64,000 nt of DNA from Candidatus Woesearchaeota archaeon (GTDB lineage: Archaea > Nanobdellota > Nanobdellia > Woesearchaeales > ARS49): the NCBI GenBank assembly GCA_016203445.1, contig JACQMS010000019.1:7473-71472 (forward strand). Direction: 5' to 3'. This document shows, piece after piece, positions 35,101 to 44,505 of the stretch (positions within the stretch are counted from its first letter, which is position 1; each line of letters starts with the position of its first letter). The notes below the pieces were generated by a model, which did not search any database, was not told the DNA's origin, and was given only the letters and a program-made list of their open reading frames with translations. Both the position numbers and the translations under genes were made by a program.

Positions 35101-35862
35101 ATGTCGTCGCTTTCTGAACGCTTGGGTGTTTTGGAGTCTTTGATAATTCGTTGTGCTACTAATTCTTTGTTGCGTGATGATCTTCTGAACCTTTCTGAAT
35201 CTATTAAGGCGAGCGTTCTTTCTAGAATTCCTGCTGATGATGTTAGAGCGTCTTTTGAGTCTTTTATTACTTGTGTCAAGAATTGTTCTGTTAAGTATGA
35301 TGAGTTTGCGGTCTTTATTTCTCGCTTGAAAAATATTATTTCTTCACTAGACTCTTTAATTCCTCTGGGGTTGAAGTCTCGCAGTGATTTGGTAATTATT
35401 CGTAGAGAAATTCTTGATTCTTTGAGTGTTGCTTCTGAAAGGTTTAAGCAAAGCTTTCCGGGAGAATCATTATTTGACACCACTGATACTCATATTTTCA
35501 TTGTTGGAAGCAGGGCTAGAGGTTTTTCTCGTGATGGAAAATGGCTTTTTTCTCCAGGCAGAGATGTTGACTTATTGGTTGTTGGTGAAGGTATTTTTTT
35601 CTCAGAACTTTCATACATGCATCTGAAGGGGTTGAATGATGTTGCTAGAAAAGCTGAGCGTCGAGGGTATGTTGAAGGTTTTGACAGAAGGTTTATACCT
35701 CCAGGAATGAGGCGTGCCGCGGAGAAAATTCGTGAGCTATTTGACCGCAATACTTCTTTTTCAGTTGGAGGTTCTCCGGGAGTTGTTGTAAACATTCATA
35801 TAGGCAGAATATCTAGTGAGAAGGTTCAAAAGGAGATTCCTTTTGCTATTGAGTGCGTGTAA
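35101..35862 (+). CDS. Pol-beta-superfamily nucleotidyltransferase with a 130-aa N-terminal domain of unknown function
   Basis: 'IVGSRARGFSRDGKWLFSPGRDVDLLVVG' is the GS-x(n)-D-x-D motif. Arg-rich composition atypical for this window. Confidence 0.5.
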   Translation: MSSLSERLGVLESLIIRCATNSLLRDDLLNLSESIKASVLSRIPADDVRASFESFITCVKNCSVKYDEFAVFISRLKNIISSLDSLIPLGLKSRSDLVIIRREILDSLSVASERFKQSFPGESLFDTTDTHIFIVGSRARGFSRDGKWLFSPGRDVDLLVVGEGIFFSELSYMHLKGLNDVARKAERRGYVEGFDRRFIPPGMRRAAEKIRELFDRNTSFSVGGSPGVVVNIHIGRISSEKVQKEIPFAIECV

Positions 35863-36853
35863 GAAGTATATCTTTTTCCAGTACTGGATCCAATTCAATG
35901 CATCTTTTCTCGTGATGTTCTGCTCTGCTATTTTTTCCTAGAGCTCTTAATACATAGCTCAAGAATAGGTGTGTTGTTGCGTGTGCCTCATGGTAAAGCA
36001 GTGATTCTTCGAATGATTTTATTGCATGTGTGTAATCTTCTGATTTCATTAGCGTAATTCCTTGAAGGTATGCAACAAGGTATCCTTTACGTTCTATTAC
36101 TGCTTTTTGAAATAATGACTTTGCTTTCGTGAAATCTGCGTCCATAAGCGCTTTATATCCTTGGACCAGTAATCTTATGTATTTTGTGTCACTTATAGAT
36201 TCCTCTACGTGCTGTGATTCATACTCTATTCCTAAACGTCCATTCAAGTTCATTGCCAGGATTTGCTCTATCATTAATTCTTCTCTAATCGTTATTGGTA
36301 TATGCTGTTGCACTAACATTCCTTTTTCTTCTATAATCCCTGAAATGTGAATACTTCTAATATTATTAGAATTATTTAGTATTATTTCTAAGCACGCAAG
36401 CGTTTCGAGATGCGCAGTATCAAGGTCCATCGCTATTCCAGTTGATGTTATTTCTTCTGGTTTGAGCACTCTTCTTTTTCCTCCAAATGTTTCTATAACT
36501 GGTGTTACCCCTGTTTCTTGCGCGTATAATTCTATGAATCTTAAAGTTTTTACTTGTTCTCTTAATCTCTCGTTCTCATCGCCTTGCACTTTGTGAGGGT
36601 GTAAAATAATTTCTTGCAATCCTAGAGTGCGTGCAATTCTTGCCGCTTGGTAGTGCTGTTTTTTGAATCTTTCTTGTAGCGGTAGTCTTGGCCCATGCAT
36701 TGCTTTTACTCTTTCATTATTCACTAGACCTATTTCACACGCTTTTCCGTGAAGATCATATAACGCCAGTTCTACTAATTCTTCTGATTTTCCTAATTCT
36801 CTTTGGAATGATTCATAATCTATAAACGGTATAGTGTAAGTAACTATCATCAT
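35846..36853 (-). CDS. Xylose-isomerase-like TIM-barrel (sugar-phosphate isomerase/epimerase / AP-endonuclease-2 family) protein with C-terminal TPR repeats
   Basis: 'HGP…LHPH…MDLDTAHL' resembles the metal-ligand pattern of this TIM-barrel family. The C-terminal approximately 100 aa has TPR-like helices. Confidence 0.4.
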   Translation of the reverse strand: MMIVTYTIPFIDYESFQRELGKSEELVELALYDLHGKACEIGLVNNERVKAMHGPRLPLQERFKKQHYQAARIARTLGLQEIILHPHKVQGDENERLREQVKTLRFIELYAQETGVTPVIETFGGKRRVLKPEEITSTGIAMDLDTAHLETLACLEIILNNSNNIRSIHISGIIEEKGMLVQQHIPITIREELMIEQILAMNLNGRLGIEYESQHVEESISDTKYIRLLVQGYKALMDADFTKAKSLFQKAVIERKGYLVAYLQGITLMKSEDYTHAIKSFEESLLYHEAHATTHLFLSYVLRALGKNSRAEHHEKRCIELDPVLEKDILLTRTQ

Positions 36854-36910
36854 TAATGCCCCCGTATGAAGGGTTCCAACATTCTTTATAAATATTACCT
36901 TTTTAATTAC

Positions 36911-36967
36911 TCTCTGGGGATGTCAAGAATTGTCGGGCTAAAGCCCAGAGCGCGAGGTTGTTGATCT
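36911..36967. repeat. Hairpin repeat element, copy C
   Basis: 'GGATGTCAAGAATTGTCGGGCTAAAGCCCAGAGCGCGAGGTTGTTGATC' is about 80% identical to the 5' half of copy A, including the GGGCUAAAGCCC hairpin. Confidence 0.45.
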
Positions 36968-37010
36968 TCCTTCAATTTCATGCAAATGCTTTTATACTAT
37001 TCTTGTTTTT

Positions 37011-38048
37011 TTGACTTTCATGAATTGGGATGCTAGTATTAAAAGCGCGGGTCTTGTTGCATTTCTTGGCTGGTTTTTGTCGTGCCATCACCCTCATAAA
37101 GATTTTCACATTGTTGATTCTATTGATAACAGTGTTAATTTTACAGTATTAAAAGAGCCAGTTCCTTGCGACATTCCAATACTTGATAATAATAGCGTTA
37201 TATCTGTTGGTATAAATTTTCTTCGTAATAAAGAGTGGTCTAAGGCTTATGATGTTTTCTCGTATATGGATACTTCTTTAATGAACTCTTATGACGGAGC
37301 TTTTGTTTCTTGGGCTGTTGATTGGTGTTCTTTCAAAAAATTTTCTGGCACTTCTTTCGATATGGGTGATAGAACTCTTTCACTTGTTCAACATTTAAGG
37401 CCTCCTTCTACCGGTGATGGTGATTTTGAACATTTGGATATGTGTACTGTTCTTTTGGAGTCTCTTGTTGACGTTTTTCCAATGAATTATGTTTATCATG
37501 CCGACTTGGGCAAGTGTTATGCTATGCGTGAAGATTTTATTGGTGCTTCTAGCGAGTTTGTTAAGGCTGTTGATTTGTGGCCTACTGACGGGTTGGGTTT
37601 GTACGAGAGAGTTGTTAAGTCTTATATTGGTGCTGGAAGGATTCACAAAATTTTGGAGGTTTCATCAATGCTTGAGTGCGCAGATCCTACAATAGTTTCT
37701 GGACAAATTCTTGACCGTGTTGACTCTGTTTTATGGTCTGGTGTTTCTATAACTCATGATTCTTCGAATGTTGATGTTTGCAGGGATTTTGCAATTCTTT
37801 TTGATGCTCTTGGTGACAGGATGCTTTATCATGCGCGCGCGGCTCAGGCATTGAAGTACTATTGCCTTTCTGCAAGCAATAGGAATGTTCTTGGTGAAGA
37901 TGCTGTTTCTTACATTCGTGAAAAGTATAATGTTGTTAACGAGTCTTGTAATAGCGAGTTGAAACCTTTGCATGTCGTCTTCAAAAATTCTATGCGCGAT
38001 TTTCACGTGTCTCGTTCTGATGAACTATGCAAACTTTTAGGAGAGTGA
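37011..38048 (+). CDS. Hypothetical protein (345 aa), possible lipoprotein/secreted
   Basis: N-terminal hydrophobic 'LVAFLGWFLSC'. No confident domain. Confidence 0.35.
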   Translation: MTFMNWDASIKSAGLVAFLGWFLSCHHPHKDFHIVDSIDNSVNFTVLKEPVPCDIPILDNNSVISVGINFLRNKEWSKAYDVFSYMDTSLMNSYDGAFVSWAVDWCSFKKFSGTSFDMGDRTLSLVQHLRPPSTGDGDFEHLDMCTVLLESLVDVFPMNYVYHADLGKCYAMREDFIGASSEFVKAVDLWPTDGLGLYERVVKSYIGAGRIHKILEVSSMLECADPTIVSGQILDRVDSVLWSGVSITHDSSNVDVCRDFAILFDALGDRMLYHARAAQALKYYCLSASNRNVLGEDAVSYIREKYNVVNESCNSELKPLHVVFKNSMRDFHVSRSDELCKLLGE

Positions 38049-38098
38049 TTTTTTATGATTTGTGAAGATAGTAATAGTGTGAAAAATTAATAAGTGTC

Positions 38099-38356
38099 TT
38101 ATAGATATACATTTTCTCTGTTGTCAAAAGAAACTATTATTATTGTTTTTGTATCATAATTAATTCTGTAAAGTGCTCTGTATTTTCCTATTCTTATTCT
38201 GAATGTTGGTAATTCATAACCAGTAATTCTTTTTGAGTCGTGTGGAACTGGGTTTGTTTTCAGTAATTCTAACTTTCCAACAATTCTTCCGAATAGAATG
38301 TTCTCACATTTTTTCAAGAACTTTTCTGGTTGCTTATCTAACTTTATTTCGAACAT
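38099..38356 (-). CDS. relE: RelE/ParE-family toxin
   Basis: '…LKTNPVPHDSKRITGYELPTFRIRIGKYRALYRINYDTKTIIIVSFDNRENVY' is the classic RelE/ParE C-terminal pattern. Confidence 0.7.
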   Translation of the reverse strand: MFEIKLDKQPEKFLKKCENILFGRIVGKLELLKTNPVPHDSKRITGYELPTFRIRIGKYRALYRINYDTKTIIIVSFDNRENVYL

Positions 38357-38546
38357 TCTTCAAAACCTCTAAAGAAACCAGTTTCCCTTGTTTTTCATTC
38401 TTTAAACTTTCTTCAAGCAGAACTCTCTCTTCAGAACTAAGAATGGTATCCGCATCAACCATATGTTCCTTAATAACTTCTATCTCTCTGCTTAGAAAAT
38501 CTAATTTCTCCAGTATCTTGTTCTCTGCAACGCTGTCGGTGCTCAT
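38334..38546 (-). CDS. Putative antitoxin for the downstream RelE
   Basis: 70 aa, acidic and helical. Overlaps the toxin gene by 23 nt in the canonical antitoxin-first order. Confidence 0.45.
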   Translation of the reverse strand: MSTDSVAENKILEKLDFLSREIEVIKEHMVDADTILSSEERVLLEESLKNEKQGKLVSLEVLKNVRNKVR

Positions 38547-38634
38547 AGCGGTGGTATTGTTGCAAGTCTATTTAAACATTATCTTTTTTTCTAGTTAGGT
38601 ATTTGTGCCTGTCTCGGCTCGTTTCTGTGGTTGT

Positions 38635-41600
38635 TTAAGATGTGAAACTCACTCTTAATTTGTATGTCTTAGTGAACTCTCTATCTCCGCTTTGCAATTT
38701 CAGCACTAAATCTTGTTCACCTGCAATTGTTGGCGTGTATTTTGCTTCTATTGTTGTTGTGCCATCACCATTGTTTATTGCAGTTGATTGCGGTTGTATT
38801 GCCGTTGCAGAGCTTCCTATTGGACCGTTCACTGTTGAGCGCAAATTAATATTTTGTAAAGTAATTATTTTTGTTTTTATTTTAACCTCTTTGTTAATTG
38901 ATACTTCATAGATATTACTGTTCGCGGGATTTTGTTCGGGAATATTTTCGTCAACTAATAATTGTGGTTGTTCTATTATTGCTAATTCTGTGCTAGCAAC
39001 GCACTCTCTCAAATCTTCATTTGCAATATTATATCCGCACACCGTTCCAACATTGTTTACTCCTGTACCACAATTTTCTGTTTTTGTAATGCTCGAAGTA
39101 TCTCCACACCAGCATGGAGCGCTGTTTTGCCCTATGGCGCAATCTCTTATTGTGCTTCCTGATTGTTGCCCCGCATAATTTTGCGAGCATACCGCTTTGA
39201 ATAGCACCGTTTTTTCTTGTTCTTCATCAGTTACAGGGTCCAGAGTTCTTTGATGGTAGTTTGGCACATAGCCCCCTCCAGCGTTTGTTGCTATACTATC
39301 ATATATTTCGAACACTGCCTTCCACTGGGCTGGAGTTGTTTCGTACTGCTCGCACGCGTTTGCTACCGCTGTTGGTGGTATTACTCTTATGAATATGCTC
39401 CTGCTTGCTGGTATTTCTGTTAGTAATTGTTGAGGAAATGTTATTTTTATTCCTTTGAATGTTATTTGATTACTTACCAATTGTGATGTTCCTGTTGTTG
39501 GCTGTAATTGTCCTCCAATTGTCCAAAAGTCCGGAGCGTTATCTTCATCATCATCGTATGATCTCTTGTTTCCACCAGTTATACTATATATTGAGTACTT
39601 TAGATTTACTGCAGCATTCTTTATTTTTATCAAGAATTCTTCATTTGTTTGTATACTTCCTCCAACTATTTCTATCGTTCCTTGAGTATCCATTAATGCT
39701 CTTCTTTGAGCATTCAAGTTGTTGAACTCTACTTGTATGTTAGAGCTTCTAGTCCTGAAGTGCACATCTTTGTCCAGTGTTATTTCTTGACTTGTTCCTT
39801 CACTGTTAAGGTTATACTCTTGAAGTCCTCCTTCGTGGTTTACTTGTATAGGCATTAATGGTGCCTGCTTGTTCTTGTTAGTCTGCACAATATTATTGTT
39901 ATGATCATATATTGTGTATATCAACCATTTTGTGTCTTGAGTGAATAATCTTGAGCTGTCTTGTTGTGTTCCTCTAGATAATTGTACTGGTATGTTGAAA
40001 TTTATTTTTTGTCCCAGAGTAAACACTCCTTGAACAGCATTTTTTAGTGTTATATCCCCTCCAAATCTTGCTCCGTTGTAATCATCTATTCCTGAGTCGC
40101 ACCTGAACACTCCCGCGAATATGTCGAACTTGCATTGTATTGGCGCGTCAGTTGCTCCAGTTATTATTCCTCTTACTACATTGTCGCTTCTCGCCTCTCC
40201 AGTCCTCTCGTCAACCCATTGCCAGCTTAATACTGCCTTGTCATACCTGTAATTGCTTCCTCCTTCACCAGCTTGAATTGTGTGAATTATCTCGTCAGCG
40301 GCAGTAGTTCCTAACTGTTCGCCCTTTCTCAAACTTGTTTTTGATAATGGTACTCCTACTTTTTTCTCTCCAATAGCATAGCAATCACACTTTCCTCCGG
40401 GATACCCTTGTGATGGATCGCATTGAATACTATCAGAGCATACTAGTTCTAATTGAACAGTTATATCTCTGCCTGCAGTTAGTAATGGCGCGGTTCTGTA
40501 AGTCCACGTTGTCAACCCTTTAGGCTTTGTTGTTGGATCGAAGCTTATAAATTCTTTTCTTACGAATGGCAAGAATCCTATGGTTTTTGCGGGTTTAGAG
40601 TCTAGTTTTGCGTTTATTAATCCTTCCATATTGAAGTCCCACTCGCCGGTAAAAGCATACAAGCATGCCGCGTTCTGCAATTTCTTGTCTAAAAACATTG
40701 CTTTAAACACTTCATCCTGACCATCTTCAGATATTATATCTCTTTGTGTTTCTCTAAACCCTTCAATTACCGAACCTATGCCAGCCCCTGCATAATCAAG
40801 AAGTCCAGGTTCTGAATCAACAGGACTTCCTCCTTTACCAGGAACTGTTTTTGTTGGAACCCCGCACCGTACTAGCTCCCATAATAAATTGCACGCCGTT
40901 TCTGTTATTACTTCTTTGCATATTCCAGGGTCTGCGTCACCTGTTAGCTGGACGCTTTTCAAACAATCTCTAACTGCAGTCATCGTTCTTTTTACGGTGT
41001 TAACGTTTGAATATATTCCTGTAACGTACCCGCATTGCAGTGATGTTATTATCCCGTCATCAGGCCTTATTATGAATGTTGTATCCTTGTTACCTATTCT
41101 TTGTTTTACCTGGTCGTATATCGCTGTTGCGACTTCTTTATTACACCCTCCATCTTTTACTGTATCACAAAATTTGCTACTTTGATCAATAGTTCGGGCA
41201 ATCGAGAAATGATTGTATATTGCATTTATGCTAGCATCTCTTTTCTCTCCGAACATTTCTGTTGGTATTACTACTAGCGGTACATATTGAAGCTCGCTAT
41301 TTATGTTTGACGCTTCACCAGCATTAGCAGTTGTTCCTGTGAAACCCCCGCGCGCCGCCCCTCCAAGGGTTATCTCAAACTCTTTGGCAGTTTCATCGGT
41401 TGCAAAACTTGACAATATTCCAGAATTTGCTCCTATAGGCACTATCCTCCCTATTATTTCTGGCATGTCTTGAATCGTTGGCTCTTTAAGTCTTAACCCA
41501 GTAAAGGATGGAGTGAAATATTCAGGAGTAGCACTTAGAGCTCCTTCATCACACAACCCTTTGTTTTTGTATGATGCTCTGCAACTAAGCCCCAACCCGC

Positions 41601-44505
41601 TACTTGTAGAGCCATCTTTAGCATTCGTAACTTTTTCCAAATTTCCAGAGTTTTGCGCTCCTAAACATAAACTATGGTCCAGCTCGTTGAACCAGTCAGC
41701 GCCTTTAGAAAACCACCTGCATACAGGTCCGTACAATCTGTCATATTCTGCAGCGCAACATTTCGGATCTGCAGGGTGCAATCCCTTGCAATAAGTCTCA
41801 CCATTTGTTTCGTACAACTTGCTTATAGATTCATAATCAGTATCAGTTTTAATCGCTATTGGTTGAATTCCGTCAACCCCTTTAGCACCGCTGATTTTTT
41901 GAGTGTTAACCAAATTGTTAGTTCCGAAACTGCAACTGCTTCCAGTAAGATATTTTCCGTCTTTAACTGCCACTTCTTTTAACGCTTTCCCACTATTAGC
42001 TCTTATGTATGTTTGAAATGTTGGAGCGCTGGGCCCCGTAACTCTATAACATATGTTTCTCCTGTAATCTTTAACGCTCTCTCTATGTTCTAAAACGTCT
42101 TGGCATGATTTGCACGAATTAAGTTTTTTATCATCACCGCCTTGCCCGCCGAACGCTTCATCACACTTTCCTATACTAGCTATATCTTTAACGCTTGTCT
42201 TGGTTCCTGACAAACTTTTCAAAACATCTTTCAATCCCGGAGAGAACTCGCAAGCATACTTTTCTCTAATATTATCTACCAGTTCCCAAGCTCTAGTAGC
42301 GAAGCACGCGTAATAACCTACTTCTGTGGCCGTTTGCAATTGTTCTTCAGCGTGTTCTAAACCCTCTATTGCATGATCAAGATTTGTTACTGTTCTTTTA
42401 AGGAAGCTGTCGCTTATTATGCCGGGATCTATTTGATGATCTATCTCTACTTCGTACTCAAAGCATTCCGTTTGCTTTTCTCTAGGTAACGCCCTTCTGT
42501 CAGGCAGTTGTGCGTCCAACGTGGGATCTGTGGTCGTTATTTCTTGAGTTTGTTGATATTCTATGTCCAAAAATACTATTCCTTTGAAGCACCCACCGGC
42601 GCCCTTGCATTCTCCCTTTCTATTTTCTGATAATGCTCTTTCTTTTTCTGAAGTTGTTGCTCCATCTATTTTTGCGGGATCTGGAGCATTAATATTTAGT
42701 GTTATGCTCGCGGCTCCTTTGTCAGGCCTTCTTAATTTTACGTTGCCTACATCAAACCATTCCTGATCGTAATCTTTAAGCACGTCATCCGATAAACCTG
42801 TTGGCTTGAATGCTTTAACACTTAATATTTTTATGTTCTTGTTTATAGTTTCGAATGTTACCGTTTGAGTTATTTTTGGTATACCCTTCATTATCAATCT
42901 TGGTAGTAATATGTTTGGCATCACGTTGGATCTTTTAACAATTATCGTTCCTCCGCCGCATAAAGTTCTTACTACTTCTTGTTTTGGTGTTGTTGCAGTA
43001 TACCCCGCGCTGTCAGCAGCATATAATTCTACATCATTTTTCAGCCCGGTGTTTAGCTGCGCGCTCGCAGTGTTACCAGCAACATCAACTCTTGTTTTAC
43101 CTGTTAATGGTACAGTCATTGAAAATTCTCCGTTATCATTGGTGCCCGCAGTCTTCTCAACTTTTCCATTAATTTTAGCGCTTACTGATGCTTTCTTGTT
43201 CAACTTTCCTATTATTTTTATTTCAGGATTGTACGCGTACCTTAGATTGTTAAGGTTTGTTTTCTCAAATCTTAATGGTGTATTGTCATAAGTTATAATT
43301 CTTTCCTCAGCGTACTCGTTGCCTCCAGCATCCTTTAATTCTATTTTTATCTTGTTTTCTCCAGGTTGTAAGTTTATTATTTTGTCGAATGTTGTTGCTT
43401 CACCAATTGTCTCATTATTTATTTTTATCATTGTCTTTTCACTAATAGTTCCATTAACTCTTATTTTTGTTTCCTTGGTTATGCTTACGTCAGGAGTCCA
43501 TGATATGTTGGCTCCCGGAGGTGTAGAATCATATAGCGTAACAAATGTTTTTTTCTGTTTGAAAGAGTCAGCTGTTTCCAATATAATAGTGTTCACTCCC
43601 TCAACCAAGTTTATGTTGTTTATGCTGAATCTTCCGTCACTGTCAACCTTTTTTGCAGTCTTAAACTCTCCGTTTACAAACACATTTAATGTTATTCCTG
43701 CTCTAGTACTGCCCGTTATGGTTATAGTATTAGTGTTAACCCCTGCAGGTATTGTTGCATTAATTGTTGGACTTCCCGTAGAATAGCTTGAGAATGTTTT
43801 TTCCTGCGTAGTAATACAAGTATTGCTCGAGGCGCATGCAGTTATTGTGTACTTGTAAACCTTTTCGTTATTCGTGTTTAGAGTTATCGTGTGAGTTTTT
43901 GCTGGCGTCGCGCTTACTAGTATGTTCGTTGTTAGAGCTCCTATTCCATAAGTTATATTTGTAATACTTTCTATTGTTGTTTGAAAAGTTATTATAGTCT
44001 TCCCATCCTGAATTTGTTCGTTCTGGCCTGTTGCCTGTAAATCAACACCATTTGTTTGTGATTGCGTGCCTGCATTTGCAGTGCTTCTCGTTCCTGTTGT
44101 CGTAAAACTATAATACTGCCCGTTATTGTCTGAAACTTCCGCCCTCCCCCTTTGTGATCCTTCGGTTATTATAGTGAACATTCTGTAGTAATATTTTGTT
44201 CCAGACTGCAAATCTTTTAGTACCAGTTTGTGCTGTTTTGTTAATGTTGTTCCTGATAAAGTTTTGTAATTCCTATTGCTAAAGTCTTCTCTTGACTGCG
44301 CGTAATATATTGTTGAGCTCGATTTTTCTTGAGTTATAAATTCTATCGTCGCATTGTTGTCGCCTATTGCTGTTACGTAATCATTTTTCTGCTCTATATT
44401 AACACCCATTACTGCTCCAATAATTCCTATTGATAGTATTAATGATAGTGCTAAAATTATGGTAATAATGGACATATTCCGCGATTTGTTGAAGTTATTG
44501 CTCAT
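38635..44505 (-). CDS. Giant secreted/surface protein (1956 aa) with FN3/Ig-like modules and a Cys-rich central region; second gene of cassette 2
   Basis: N-terminal TM/signal 'MSIITIILALSLILSIGIIGAVMG'. FN3-like 'STIYYAQS…GTKYYYRM'. Big/Ig-like modules such as 'ITITGSTRAGITLNVFVNGEFKTAKKVDSDGRFSI'. More than 40 Cys in the middle third. ATGA overlap with the upstream gene. Confidence 0.6.
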   Translation of the reverse strand: MSNNFNKSRNMSIITIILALSLILSIGIIGAVMGVNIEQKNDYVTAIGDNNATIEFITQEKSSSTIYYAQSREDFSNRNYKTLSGTTLTKQHKLVLKDLQSGTKYYYRMFTIITEGSQRGRAEVSDNNGQYYSFTTTGTRSTANAGTQSQTNGVDLQATGQNEQIQDGKTIITFQTTIESITNITYGIGALTTNILVSATPAKTHTITLNTNNEKVYKYTITACASSNTCITTQEKTFSSYSTGSPTINATIPAGVNTNTITITGSTRAGITLNVFVNGEFKTAKKVDSDGRFSINNINLVEGVNTIILETADSFKQKKTFVTLYDSTPPGANISWTPDVSITKETKIRVNGTISEKTMIKINNETIGEATTFDKIINLQPGENKIKIELKDAGGNEYAEERIITYDNTPLRFEKTNLNNLRYAYNPEIKIIGKLNKKASVSAKINGKVEKTAGTNDNGEFSMTVPLTGKTRVDVAGNTASAQLNTGLKNDVELYAADSAGYTATTPKQEVVRTLCGGGTIIVKRSNVMPNILLPRLIMKGIPKITQTVTFETINKNIKILSVKAFKPTGLSDDVLKDYDQEWFDVGNVKLRRPDKGAASITLNINAPDPAKIDGATTSEKERALSENRKGECKGAGGCFKGIVFLDIEYQQTQEITTTDPTLDAQLPDRRALPREKQTECFEYEVEIDHQIDPGIISDSFLKRTVTNLDHAIEGLEHAEEQLQTATEVGYYACFATRAWELVDNIREKYACEFSPGLKDVLKSLSGTKTSVKDIASIGKCDEAFGGQGGDDKKLNSCKSCQDVLEHRESVKDYRRNICYRVTGPSAPTFQTYIRANSGKALKEVAVKDGKYLTGSSCSFGTNNLVNTQKISGAKGVDGIQPIAIKTDTDYESISKLYETNGETYCKGLHPADPKCCAAEYDRLYGPVCRWFSKGADWFNELDHSLCLGAQNSGNLEKVTNAKDGSTSSGLGLSCRASYKNKGLCDEGALSATPEYFTPSFTGLRLKEPTIQDMPEIIGRIVPIGANSGILSSFATDETAKEFEITLGGAARGGFTGTTANAGEASNINSELQYVPLVVIPTEMFGEKRDASINAIYNHFSIARTIDQSSKFCDTVKDGGCNKEVATAIYDQVKQRIGNKDTTFIIRPDDGIITSLQCGYVTGIYSNVNTVKRTMTAVRDCLKSVQLTGDADPGICKEVITETACNLLWELVRCGVPTKTVPGKGGSPVDSEPGLLDYAGAGIGSVIEGFRETQRDIISEDGQDEVFKAMFLDKKLQNAACLYAFTGEWDFNMEGLINAKLDSKPAKTIGFLPFVRKEFISFDPTTKPKGLTTWTYRTAPLLTAGRDITVQLELVCSDSIQCDPSQGYPGGKCDCYAIGEKKVGVPLSKTSLRKGEQLGTTAADEIIHTIQAGEGGSNYRYDKAVLSWQWVDERTGEARSDNVVRGIITGATDAPIQCKFDIFAGVFRCDSGIDDYNGARFGGDITLKNAVQGVFTLGQKINFNIPVQLSRGTQQDSSRLFTQDTKWLIYTIYDHNNNIVQTNKNKQAPLMPIQVNHEGGLQEYNLNSEGTSQEITLDKDVHFRTRSSNIQVEFNNLNAQRRALMDTQGTIEIVGGSIQTNEEFLIKIKNAAVNLKYSIYSITGGNKRSYDDDEDNAPDFWTIGGQLQPTTGTSQLVSNQITFKGIKITFPQQLLTEIPASRSIFIRVIPPTAVANACEQYETTPAQWKAVFEIYDSIATNAGGGYVPNYHQRTLDPVTDEEQEKTVLFKAVCSQNYAGQQSGSTIRDCAIGQNSAPCWCGDTSSITKTENCGTGVNNVGTVCGYNIANEDLRECVASTELAIIEQPQLLVDENIPEQNPANSNIYEVSINKEVKIKTKIITLQNINLRSTVNGPIGSSATAIQPQSTAINNGDGTTTIEAKYTPTIAGEQDLVLKLQSGDREFTKTYKLRVSFTS

